The notes under the pieces are model-generated. The model saw only the letters and a program-made list of their open reading frames with translations. It searched no databases and had not been told where the DNA came from. The translations under genes and the position numbers were made by a program. Of a stretch of 64,000 nt of DNA, positions 13,150-24,437 are shown one piece after another; position 1 is the stretch's first letter; each line of letters starts with the position of its first letter. The DNA is from Raja brachyura (lineage: Eukaryota). The DNA is taken from contig OY740811.1 in the NCBI GenBank assembly GCA_963514005.1, forward strand, positions 26,474,001 through 26,538,000. Reading direction: 5' to 3'.

Positions 13150-13400
13150 ACTTCTCGGCATTTCTCACCGCATTGCTGCAGCTGACATCCGACAAGCTTC
13201 CTGCTTGGGTGGAGCTCATCTACAGACAAACAGGAACCCATGCACCCTCCGTCGTCTGCATTCCAGAACCAAAGTTGCACTCATGTCAGTCAATGATCCT
13301 TGCACATGCACATGTTCAGAAGCAAGCTACCAGTCCTACTACAAAATACGCAAGCAAATCTGGTACACACAACATTCTCAAGGCAATGGTCCTTCTGAGG
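13150..13400 (+). mobile_element. Decayed RTE-clade LINE RT fragment
   Basis: VELIYRQTG / TLRRLHSRTKV resembles the RTE motif GV.I.YRTDG.LFNLRRL.AKTKV. Confidence 0.6.
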
Positions 13401-13542
13401 ATTAACTTCACCTCTCAGATTTGTGCAGAAGAACTTGGTTATTTGGTCTTATTTTAATCACCTCAACAGTCCCTGTATGAAGAAAAGTAAAAATGCTTTC
13501 AAAGCCAGGGATGTGGTCAGTTTTCTAATGTCCCAGCATCAC

Positions 13543-13672
13543 TGTGCAGGAAAGAACTGCAGATGCTTGCTTAAATCGAAGGTAGACACAAAATGCTGGA
13601 GAATCTCAGCGGGACATGCAGCATCTCTGGAGAGAAGGAATGGGTGACGTTTCACGTCTGAAGAAGGATCTC
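13543..13672 (-). repeat. Penelope terminal-repeat fragment with inverted junction
   Basis: GAACTGCAGATGC...GGGTGACGTTTC followed by plus-oriented GTCTGAAGAAGG. Confidence 0.8.
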
Positions 13673-13831
13673 AGCTTCACTGATCAGCTGCATTCCCCAT
13701 TTATGATTATTATCAATAACTTCTGCTGGAACAAGGGTAAGGAGAAGATTGCTGAACCTCATACATGAATAGGGAAGGCTTGAATACTGTAGAACTGTAG
13801 CACTATAAATAGTCATCAAAGGGGCAGTAGA

Positions 13832-13950
13832 AAAGTAAGTATGTTTATTGGCCAAGTAGTCACATACAAGGAATTTGCCTGGGTGCTCCGCCCACAAGTA
13901 GCAACATGACATACAGTGACAGTTACGAATGACTCGGAAAACACTAAACA
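13832..13950 (-). mobile_element. Rex1-like 3' UTR fragment
   Basis: TTTATTGGCCAAGT..CACATACAAGGAATTTGCCT.GGTGCT is reverse-complementary to the Rex1 3' end at 12730-12780. Confidence 0.65.
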
Positions 13951-16859
13951 AAAGATCACTTCTTGGCTAAATATTTGAGCATTTATCATGAGTCCTAGAG
14001 GTCGTCAACATGTTTAAAAGTCCCCAAAGTGCTTGGGTAAATCAGCAATTCCTTCTAGAATGGGGCAAAATAAATGAAAGCAGCAATGGGAATTAATGTA
14101 AAGGTTATATTTCATTGGGATCATTTTGAGTAGAAGTAAATCCAGAGGTTCTTGATCTATCTAGATTTTGCACAACATTGGCTGGAAGTAAGTTGTTCAT
14201 TGTATATTTTCCTCCATTGAAAGCCAAAGATCTACAAATTCAGTGCACTGACAACCGACATTAATCACACAAAATAACTTTTGTTCCTGTGGTCAATTGG
14301 AAATGTTAATTTAACTGAAGCACTGATGACTTTTATGAAAAACGTTACAATTTTGTGCATCGTGAAATATCATGCGTCGACACGGACTGGTTTAAGACCA
14401 GGATTTCTGTGAATTGCTGATAAAAATAGCTTGTTTGCAAATCAATGGCTCCGTTAATCATTCACTCAGTCATTTAAAGAAAACAATGGTCTTTATTTCA
14501 TGTAGAAGCCCCCTGATGGTTTGCAAGTTGCTTATTAAATTCTGGCAAACAACTCAATCCGTTTAATACTTTCAGCTTTAAACAAAAGAATAAACGGGAC
14601 AAACCTAATGCTTCCACTGGGACATTATTTCTAAATGAGATAATTAGGTCAGCAATTCTGTACAAAGGGAGTAAATGGGGAGTGGTTTGCCTCACTAGTA
14701 CTCCATAGATCGGGAGTGAATAGAGAGTCGCCAGGACAATTGCAATTCTATAGGATAGGAGTGAGTGGGAAAAGACTTTGATCCACTGACTCTCCCCAAC
14801 AGAACGTCTGCGCATTGATTGGAATTCCATATGTTAGGAATGAACAGAAAACAGTCAGGTCAATTGAAATTCAATGCAGCACGAGTAAGTTGAAAGGGTG
14901 CAATTTATTGAGGTTATTGATTGGAATGAAACCCAAAGGCACTTGGCCCATCTGAAACCTGCACAGCATCCATGAATGACAATAGGTTGGGCCATTGGAT
15001 GCTTGCTTACATCTGAAGTCTAACATCATTTTGAAGTATAATGCCACATAAATAAAACATCAGGCAAGGCATAATTTATTCTTTTTTTATTTTCATTTCC
15101 CCGGGTGTGATGTTAAATTTGTGAATTTTTAGCATTTAATTTTCGTGCCAATCTGCAAAAAGGGGACGATTCACAGAACTGCTGTATTCACTACAAAGAC
15201 AGTTCAAGGGGAATACACCTGTATTTTCTGCTGTAGTTTGGTAATTTTTCTGTGAAATATGCTTATCTGGAATAATACCATCCACAACTATTAAAATGGT
15301 TTGAAACCAACCAAGTGTGTCAGCTCATGCGCACCTTAATGCGTTTCTGAAGCACCATTAAAATGGAAATGTCCTCTTAAAAAATGTTAAGTACCAGTTC
15401 ACATTTCCTGTAATGTAGCTGGCTATAACCATCAATTTTGTATTTATGTAGAACAGTCTATTGTTGTGATTTTCCAAGAAGCATCTTTTGGACAGTATTA
15501 AATTATAAATAACCAAATTTACGTTTCTCCACACGACTTTATGTCTTTCATCTGCAGGGTGTCTGAGGCAAACCAGCGCAGATTTTAAATAAGCATCTCG
15601 GCTCCTACCCTTCAGTTTCCTCTCACACCTGAAGTTCTTGTGCGTGACAGAGCGTCTGACATCATAGGAAATGGTTGCTTCCGGTATCACAGCCTGGAGG
15701 CCATTTGACATGCCCGAATCCAAGGAGTTTTGCCAAAGCATTCAATAGTAAATGACGAGGAGCAAAGATAGGAAATTAGAGCCTGACTGACTGGCTTTGT
15801 GTGTAATGATGGTTGTTCAGGATGAATATGCATTCCATGGACGAGTAATCAGCGCACTGGGGTCCATAACTCTACCAAGAGAGAGACAATGCAGTGAGAG
15901 CGTCAGGCCAGCCCCAAGTAGCCAGCAAAGGATTTCCCCCCCCCCCACCCCCAACGTCTTCAGGAGATGAAGGTGAGGCCACGTAATTCAGGCAGCACAG
16001 TTGGAAGGGGATGATCAGCCATGAAGAATTGCTCTGACGAGGGCAAATGATGGCAGATAGAGGCAGCTTCACAATGGGAGAGAGCAAGCGGACGACTGCT
16101 GGAGAGTAAGACGGGTGTATCTGTGCCTCCGTGACTTTATATCTTTGCTTGTGGGCAGGGGAAGAAGGGGAAGAATCAGAGAGCCTTTTCCTGCTGTTGT
16201 GTAATTTGTACTTGTGCACTGCCCCATTGTTTGACTAAAATCACTGCAAGGTGAATGGGAGCAATCTGACCATGTACACACCTACAGTATGAATGCAACA
16301 CTGGCTTGACACTCACCTAATTGCATTCGCTATTAGTCAAAATATGTATTCCCTCTAATCCTATGGTCAGGACTCAAGTAAATTTCTTATAAAGGATTGT
16401 TTTGCGTGACCATTTGCCATAATTGCAAAATACCCCTTAACTTAAATCTAAATTTTGATGATTTTGCTTTAATTGGTAACTTAGCCATTGAGTGCCTCTC
16501 AGCTCCAAGAAGTACTAATAGGTTTATGGAGATTGCAGCATTCTGATTTAATATGCCTCATTTGAAATACAGTAAACTCTTCAACAGAGGGCCTTCTAGA
16601 TGGCACATTTATTCCCTAGAATCAGCTGATAATTTTGTTAGACACGGTTCTCGAAGTAAGGTAGTGAAATGTATTACAGGCTTCAGGAGAGATGCGAGAA
16701 ATTTGGGAGAGGTGCGGAAACAGAAAAAAAATGTTTAACCTACAATTTTGATTCTAAGGTGAAAAAATACCTCCTGAGCCAACCTAATATCATCAATGGT
16801 CCACACCACCCTGCCACACTCTCATCTCGCTACTACTGTTGGGAATGTGCATCACTTGA

Positions 16860-17835
16860 GGACCAGAGCTAAAGGGAGAGATCGGACAGACTCAGACTTT
16901 ATACCTTGTAGTGCAGGAGGCGTATAAAACCATGGGGGAAATAGATAGGGTAAATGCACAGAGTCTGTTACCCAGAATAGGGGAAATCAAGAACCAAGAG
17001 GGCCTAGGTTTATGCTGAGAGGGGAAAGATGTAATAGGAATCTGAGAGGTAACTTTTTTACACACTGAGTATATGGAACAAACTGCCAGAGGACACAGTT
17101 GACCACATTTACAAGACATTTGGATAGGTCCACCAATAGGAAAGGTTTGGAGGGATATCAGCCTAATGTGGGTCGAAGGGAGGAGTGACGATGGGTCATC
17201 TTGGTCAGATGGGCAAATTTGGCCGAAGGGCCCTGTTTCCGTGCTGTATGTCCCTATCAAGCTATGAATCTAAGTAACAGTTGCACAAAATGTTGGTGAA
17301 ACAGAATTTGGAGTATTGTGTGCAGTTCTCATCGCCATGCTAGAAGGTGGATACGATTAAGCTAGGGAGGATGCAGAAAGATTTAGGACAATGTTGAGTT
17401 ACAGTAAGTAATTGGATATGCTGGGACTATTTTCCCTGGAGCGAAAGGGGACTGAAAGGTGATTATATAGTGGTCCATTAAAACATGCAGGGCACTGATA
17501 GAGTAGACTGTTGCAGTCTTTTGCCAAGGCTGGAAATCAGCAACTAGATGGAATAAGTTTAAGGTGAGAGGGGAGTGATTTAAAGGGGATCAGAGGCACA
17601 GGTTTTTTCACACGGACGGGAGTGGGTACAAGGAACGAGGTGCCAAAGAAGACGGTAAGGGCATGTAAAATAACAACATTTTGAAAACATTTAGCTAGGT
17701 ACATGGATAGGTAGGTCGAGAGGGATATGGCCCATATGCAGGTAAATTGGATTAGCCTAGATAGGCATCTTCATCAGCATAGATGAGTTGGGGCGAATGG
17801 TCTGATTCCATGCTGTGTAACTCTATGAATCTATG
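16860..17835 (+). mobile_element. Two tandem CR1-type 3' end fragments
   Basis: Two successive CR1 C-terminal/3'UTR blocks, ending in GGGCCCTGTTTCCGTGCTGTA..CTATGAATCTA (17270) and CCATGCTGTGTAACTCTATGAATCTATGA (17835). Confidence 0.8.
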
Positions 17836-18691
17836 ATTTGGAAAGTTGTAAGAAAAATAATAATTTGTTGTTCCACTGCAATTCTTTGAACTATACGATT
17901 AAACACACTATGACTAAAGTGTGCTTGACATGTGACCTAAACACACAGAAGTATGACAACAACAAACGTGTTTTTATGTACAAAGCACCTTCAAGGTTGC
18001 AAAATTTCCCCAAAGAATTTCACAGGGGCATTATCAAAAATGCAATGCTAATCATACAAAGTGATTAGAATGATCTGTGGAAATGCATTGCATCACAAAC
18101 CATTAACCTTCACAATGCCCACAACATTGCTGAAATGTTTCAAAGCTACCATTGAGGGACATCAGCTAGCATTCAACAAACCAATTGAATATCCCCGAGT
18201 ATTTCTTCCAATTTTATTTCTGTTACACTTTCACAGATCAGTAACTGTATACATCTGAACAAATGATGTATAAATGAGTACCAAAAAAAATCGTGCCAAT
18301 ATAATTCAACATTATGAGTGCTTGGCATCAGTTAACAAACTCAGAGCAAATCCTCAGCAACATTCTGGCACAGCATTACATTCACGGTGGGGTAAATGAT
18401 ATATTGTAAATGTTGAGCAAAGGAATGGGCAACAAAATGGCTCATGGTTCACTTTTTCAAGTGGCGCAGGGAGAAATAATCCTCCTTTGATCATGAGTTT
18501 GAGGTCATTGAGAGCAGTGGATTTAGTTTTAAATCTGATCTGTAAAAGGTCAGCTGGTTATAATCTGTTTAGACATAAATCATGGCTCATCCATTATCAA
18601 TAAGTCAACACCTTCTCCAACAGCGTTATAGACGTAACCTGATCAGGCACACGGCAGCAGTTCAATGAGCTGGTTCACCAACTTCAGTTAC

Positions 18692-18830
18692 GTTTTAGTT
18701 TAGCTTAGTGTCATGTGTACTGAGGTACAGTGAAAAGCTTTTGTTGCGTGCTAACCAGTCAGTGGAAAGATAATACACGAGTACAATCCAGCTATTCACA
18801 GTGCACAGATAGTATAAATGGATACAAAAA
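18692..18830 (-). mobile_element. LINE 3' tail fragment with (CTAAA)n end
   Basis: TTTAGTTTAGCTTAGTGTCATGTGTACTGAGGTACAGTGAAAAGCTTTTG; family uncertain, possibly Rex-like. Confidence 0.5.
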
Positions 18831-20139
18831 TGGATGATCAACAATACGTCCAACCAGTAAATAAGTACATCAAAACACTGGTATATGATTTGATGATCTA
18901 CAATTAGCCTCCATAGTAAGAGATGATGTTTTGTTTTAAATCCTATCCAAATCACTATCCGTTAACACTCTGTTGAGTTGCATGGAGGTTGGGCTCCTCT
19001 TTGCCCTGTATATTTGACAACATCATGACATATACAGTATGTAGGTGTAGTCATGAGGGATATTATATGCTTCAGGTGAGGAGCAAGGTAACTGGGGGCA
19101 GTGGGGAAAAGGAAACTAAACAGTATTTTCTTCCAATAATTGGACTCTAAATTCCGAGTAGCCAGCTGGTTTTCAACCCGTGAGATTCTTAACTATAGGA
19201 TGCTTCGGCTGCCAAGTACAATGAAGCTTTTCTTTATTGAAACTACAATATTATTTTGTAACTCCCTGGTAATCGATGTTAATGAATATCACCATCTTAA
19301 TGGTTAGATTTTTAATCATAATAGAGCAGACTCATGCTGAACAGGCTTTGAGCAACAGAGAATGCTGCCTTGGTGATGCCAGATCCCCAGGCTGAGCCCA
19401 CCAGCCAGGTAGTTGGTATTCTGTTAACTAGAGTTTTTAATCGATTGCATTCGACTGCCGTGATGGGCACAATTCTCCCATTTCTATTTAAATTCTGCCT
19501 CAGTAATGCTGATGCTCTGTGTCAACGACAGCCTTCCGCTATAAATGTGAATTACACATTCCGTGCGTGTTTGACTTTTCAGCTGAATTTTAATACATGA
19601 GCACTGGCAATTTTGCATTAATTCCTTTCCAGATTCGGGCAGTATTTTGCGTTAACAGCTTCTGTCACATTTTATTTGAATAGAGTCACATTGGCTATAA
19701 GCTTGTCCCTTTTCAAATTGATGTTGGTGGGGTTTTGTTCTCCTGTTTGAGCTACTGCAGCAAGGAAGAGAGCAACGGGATGGAGCGGGCCTCAGCCTAA
19801 CCCTAATGCTTGTGATGAGGAGATTGATGTGTCACATGGTCTGCCCCAAAGATTGCACAGAAAAATGATGGGACAATCAGATGGCATCGGCCTGCTGTCC
19901 CTATCCTCTCTCAGAAATTTCAAATGAAAACTCAAAATTAAAATATAAATCCTCAATGGATTTTCAGGGAACCCAACTGCCAAAGCATTGGTGCCAGCTT
20001 TATAGATTAGTCTGTGTTGAGGCAAATATATCCACTGCTCAAAGAGAGGAAAGATTTGTAGAACAAACTGTTCCTGAAGCTCGGTCCCATCTGAATACTT
20101 CCTGTTGAGTTGCCTGTGGCTTTTAAATCTGGCAGCAAA

Positions 20140-20545
20140 ATGTAAGGGATAATCAAGGGCTATTCACCTCAGAGCAGGGAAGTTTTAGATAAGTTCTAAC
20201 ACAGGTCTTCAAAACCATAATGTGTTTTTATAGAGTAAAGAAACAGTCTCCACTGGCAAGAGGGCCATTAACCAGAGGGCACAGATTTAAGGTAATTGGC
20301 AAAAAGAACCAGAACAGAGATGGGCGTTGTTTAATGTAGCTTTTTTATCTGATCTTCAACTCACTGCTTGAAACTTTGGTCAAAGCAGAATCAATAGTAA
20401 CTTTCAAAAGGGAATTGAATACAGGCTTGAAGAGGAAACATTTGCAGGGCTTCAGGGATAGAGAGGGATTAAACACATTTCCTTTCAAATTGTCGACAGA
20501 GGCATGAAAGGCCGATTGATGACCCTCTGTGTTGTATGATTGCAT
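20140..20545 (+). mobile_element. Old CR1-like 3' fragment
   Basis: ACCAGAGGGCACAGATTTAAGGTAATTGGC...ACTTTCAAAAGGGAATTG..., typical CR1 C-terminus (TRGHRFKV). Confidence 0.6.
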
Positions 20546-20840
20546 GAATTGCGCTCTTGAGCCCAGAACTATGCTAATGTCACAACACAACCTTCAATAG
20601 ATAGCAGGGAACCAGATGCCACTGGTGCCAGCTATTGGAAGTGGGAGCTGGGGTGGGGTTAAGACCACAAAATGCTATTAGCCCCTCCCTCCTCTACATT
20701 AACAATGCAGCTGGATCTTTCTGCATGTACCCATCACACGGAAAACAAAACTATCGTGCCCTAAACAATGCAGATTCAGAACATGAGCAAGTCACTGATC
20801 AGACAAAGCATGAAGCAGTTCACAAACAGCTATGCCTATA

Positions 20841-21272
20841 GGGGTTGTCCCACGGCGGCAACCTAATTGGCGAGTTTAGAAGAGTTTAGGAGAGTTAGAA
20901 AAAGTGAAATGTTGAAAACCTCATTCGACTATGTAGAAGACCTCCTTCGACTATGTTGAAGACTATCTACGACTACCTTCGATTACCTACGAATAACATG
21001 CCGACCTACTACGATCTACTTTGACTAACCCTATGAGTAAAAAAAATATCAATTATTTTCCATGGCGACCTTTTTTTACTCGCGGACATTTTTCAGCATG
21101 TTTAAAAAAAACGGCGCGACCTAGCTGAGGCCTCGAGTACGCGGGGACTACTCTCGAGCATGAAGGAGAGTTACAAAGACCTCCTAGGACCTCGTGTCGA
21201 CCATGCTGCGAGTATGAGTCGAGGGCAAACTCTTCTAAACTCGCCAATTAAGTCCCGCAGTGGGACTCGCCG
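20841..21272. mobile_element. Non-autonomous DNA transposon (MITE), PIF/Harbinger-like termini
   Basis: ~45-bp TIRs including 24 bp exact (TAATTGGCGAGTTTAGAAGAGTTT and its reverse complement); ends GGGGTTGTCCCAC...GTGGGAC; no coding capacity. Confidence 0.8.
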
Positions 21273-21339
21273 TGTACATATTGAGCCAGTGCCGCAGAAT
21301 CACCAAGCTATTAAATAATCATTTGTAAGAAGTTAAAGT

Positions 21340-21575
21340 AAAGCCTCTTCAGCTTGCTCAGGTGTATGGAAAAGAATGTTCTCTTGGTGACGTGGACAAT
21401 ATTTAGCCCTCAGGCAACCTCACAAAAACTAGCATACCGGTCAACATGACATTGCTGAATCTGAGATTTAGTTGCCTGCATTGTGACCATTACCACATTT
21501 CAAAGTGCTTTCTTGGCCGTAAAGTTCATTTGAGCATAAAATGCATTGTATTAGTGTAAATATTACTTTCTTTCA
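21340..21575 (+). mobile_element. DeuSINE/SacSINE-like relic
   Basis: GGACAATATTTAGCCCCTCAGGCAACCTCACAAAAAC...CATTTCAAAGTGCTTTCTTGGCCGTAAAG; opposite orientation to the copy at 52680. Confidence 0.5.
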
Positions 21576-22494
21576 TATCAAGAATGAAAACCTGGCCAAG
21601 CAAGTAGAAATAGCAGGGCCGATGAAACTCTTACCAGCAAGGAGTCAGCCCTTCCCAATTGGCAGAGATCGCCTGATAGGTGCAGAGAAGGAGGGAATGG
21701 CTTAACATCAAACATAAGCCTCACTCAATAGGACAAGTTTTGGAAATCCTGAAACTTTTAACTTGGCTCACAAGTTCATGTTCAAGTTCTTGGCTCATAG
21801 ATCTTTTAACTTGGCTCACAAGTGATAAAAAGGGCGAGCTTCTGGTGTGTGTATATATAATGGACAAAGACATAGTCCATATACCAAATGGATTACCTAG
21901 ATCAGTATACCTAGTAATCAACGAGGTACAAGTTATTAATCAAGCTATTTTAGATTTTATATCGTGCAATGAGAAGGGGTTAATTGATAATCTTATCCTG
22001 AAGTAGCCTTTTGAGAAGAAATTTCTGAATATGATTCAATTCTATATCAGGACTGAAAGTGATTTAGGTCAATCTGAACTCAAATTCTAATATCTGCAAA
22101 AGGAGGAGTTGGCCATGGTAGGTTAGCATGCATAGCATGGTCCTAAAATAATGCAATATCTTCCCATTCCTTTTAAACTCTCATCCTTTCGCTATTTAAT
22201 CCCCTGGTGAGGAGGCGAGAGATAGGAAGAATGCATACATATGATAAGCTTGGAAGAAAAACTATGCTGGAAATTGTTCAAAATGGAGATATGCTGAAAC
22301 TGTCCAAGAGCTGTCAGTTATCTGACTGGACCCTTAGAGGACAAGTCACATACGAATAAGAAACAACTTTTTTCCATTAGTGTCATACCATTTATGACAA
22401 GCAATGTCCCAAAATGATTTGCACCTGATCGTCCTTCTGAAGCATCATTCATATTACAGGTAATTTGTGCCCAAGCCTCTGTAAATGGTGATGC

Positions 22495-22698
22495 ACAAGC
22501 TTTTTTAGTAATATTGACAGCGGGATAACTATTTTCCTCCAAAAACAATCACGGGATCTTTGACGTCACCCAGGAGAGCAGCTTAATGGCTTATCTGGAC
22601 CATCAACCTCGAGTTTTTTTACTGAAGTCTTTGGACTGAGACCTGAATCCACAATCATCTTGACTCAGAACAAGAGTTTTAGAAACTGAGCCGTGAGC
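22495..22698 (-). mobile_element. DeuSINE/SacSINE-like relic with tRNA-like head
   Basis: GGGATCTTTGACGTCACC...CCTGAATCCACAATCATCTTGACTCAGA...ACTGAGCCG. Confidence 0.5.
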
Positions 22699-23676
22699 AA
22701 AGTCTATAGCAACTGCTGTGCAAATAGATTATGCTCCTTCGTTTTACTTTGGGTTAAATATATTGCACTGATATATCAGAGCAATTTGTTGAGTTCACAG
22801 CTTGCGGACGGGTTGGGGACAGCTGCTATCTTTCTGTTTGAGCTTTTGGCTGCTTGCATTTCTTGTGTAACGGGTTCCAATAAAGTAGGGAAAACAAGCT
22901 TCTTATTGGTTTTGTGATTTAAAAAAAAATTGCAACAGTGCTGATCCAAAAGGTTGACTGCCATATCTAATTCCGATGAGTCTTTGTAATGAAGCCAAGG
23001 AGTTAATGCGGACAAGACAGTGCAGTGACCACGTTTTGCCACCCGGCAAGTTTCATCAACAGGAATAGATGAAGCATTCATGAATATATTAGTGTCAACT
23101 AGTGCCGGACCATCTATGATACCCAACCTGATCGATAAAGAAACAGGCGGTGTACCAAATGGAATGGAACTCTCCTGTCGTTGCCAATTAGAATGCCAAA
23201 CGCTCAATGGATACGTGACTTGCATGGCCCTGCCAGAAGGGTTTTACATTGTGCTAACATAATTAAATGGCAATGTGAGGCTTTCACTGTAATAATATTT
23301 CCAAAATCCAACTCGACTGGTGTAATTAAAAAGCTTAGTAATTTCAACAGGAATATTTGGGGATCCCTATCCTATTGCATTGGGCTGAAGTTGCAAGTGA
23401 AGGATGTTTGCGGACGGGAAGTGAAGGATTCAACATTACAGAATACTTCCTTTAGAAAAATATTTTTGCTTTCTCAAATACCTTTCTAATCTCATTCCAT
23501 TTACAGCTACAACTCTAGCATCTCCCCGACAGAGGAAAATTGTTCAGGCATTCACAAGGCTGAATAAATCGAATCCAGCCAATCAATACAGCATTAGGCT
23601 AACATGATAAAGTTGGTCATCAACAGAGCTCTCAAGGCACAGCGAGTGTGGGCCAGCAGTAACTTGCCAATCTTTC

Positions 23677-23825
23677 TTCTTCTTCTTCTTCTTCTGGCGT
23701 ATGGCGTGCACAGCCTAAAGTTGTTGGACAACCTGTTCTATTTCATCTTATTTGATTGTGCACGCCGGGTTGATTGCATTTATCGAAACAGGGCGGACCA
23801 CGTGAAGGTTGCAATCTCCCACCCC
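23677..23825 (-). mobile_element. ~150-bp non-autonomous retroposon (Vingi/Ingi-like tail) with HDV-like ribozyme head, copy 1
   Basis: 11-bp TSD GCCAATCTTTC (23666-23676 and 23826-23836); 3' end GCCATACGCC(AGA)n; near-identical second copy at 54975-55114. Confidence 0.85.
23772..23825 (-). ncRNA. Minimal HDV-like (CPEB3-type) ribozyme fold; catalytic C lost in this copy
   Basis: GGGGUGG(P1) GA GAUUGCA(P2) ACC(P3) UUCACGU(L3) GGU(P3') CCGCCCU(P1') GU UUCGA UAAA(J4/2) UGCAAUC(P2'). Confidence 0.8.
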
Positions 23826-24437
23826 GCCAATCTTTCCACCCAGAAGAACAAGTAAAGCAAGCACATGGAACACCACCATCTGTAGATTCCACTCCTATTT
23901 GCATGTCATCATGACTTGGGAATATAGCCAACTCTTTCATTAAAGAAGGTCTAAGTACTGGTTCCAGCATGACAAGCATAACATTGCTACGCTAATTGCA
24001 GAAGTTCAAGCTGGCAGATCATGATTGCCTCCTTTTAGGCTTATGAGGAACAACATTTAACACAGTTGGCGATGAGGATTAGACTTGCACTGCAAATTAT
24101 GTCTGGGCAAATCCAACTGGAAAGTGTATGAGAGCGAAACAAATTTTATTGGTGGGACTGAAAAGTGGATCGAGCTGGAAGACTTTTGTGCAGACCCCGC
24201 AAGGACTCGATGGATCTAAATGGCCTCCTTCTATCCTGTGACCTGTAGGGAATCAATGCTTGCTTTGCCCGTGGCACTTAAGCCCTATAAATGAAAACAA
24301 AATATCTGGGAATTCTATCCTCTCAGCACCATGAGAGAATCTTCATCAACTAGACTGCAATGGTTCAAGCAGACATCTCAAGGACATTGAGGGATCTATC
24401 AATCCAACAAAGAGCCATTAAAAAAATTACAACACAG

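Noticed and set aside
20925-21030. Short repeated units resembling a CRISPR-like array
   Set aside because: Units are degenerate with no unique spacers, lie inside a MITE, and the DNA is vertebrate with no cas genes.
22776-23225. 149-aa minus-strand ORF
   Set aside because: No recognisable domain or convincing splice sites; compatible with chance in a 64-kb six-frame scan.
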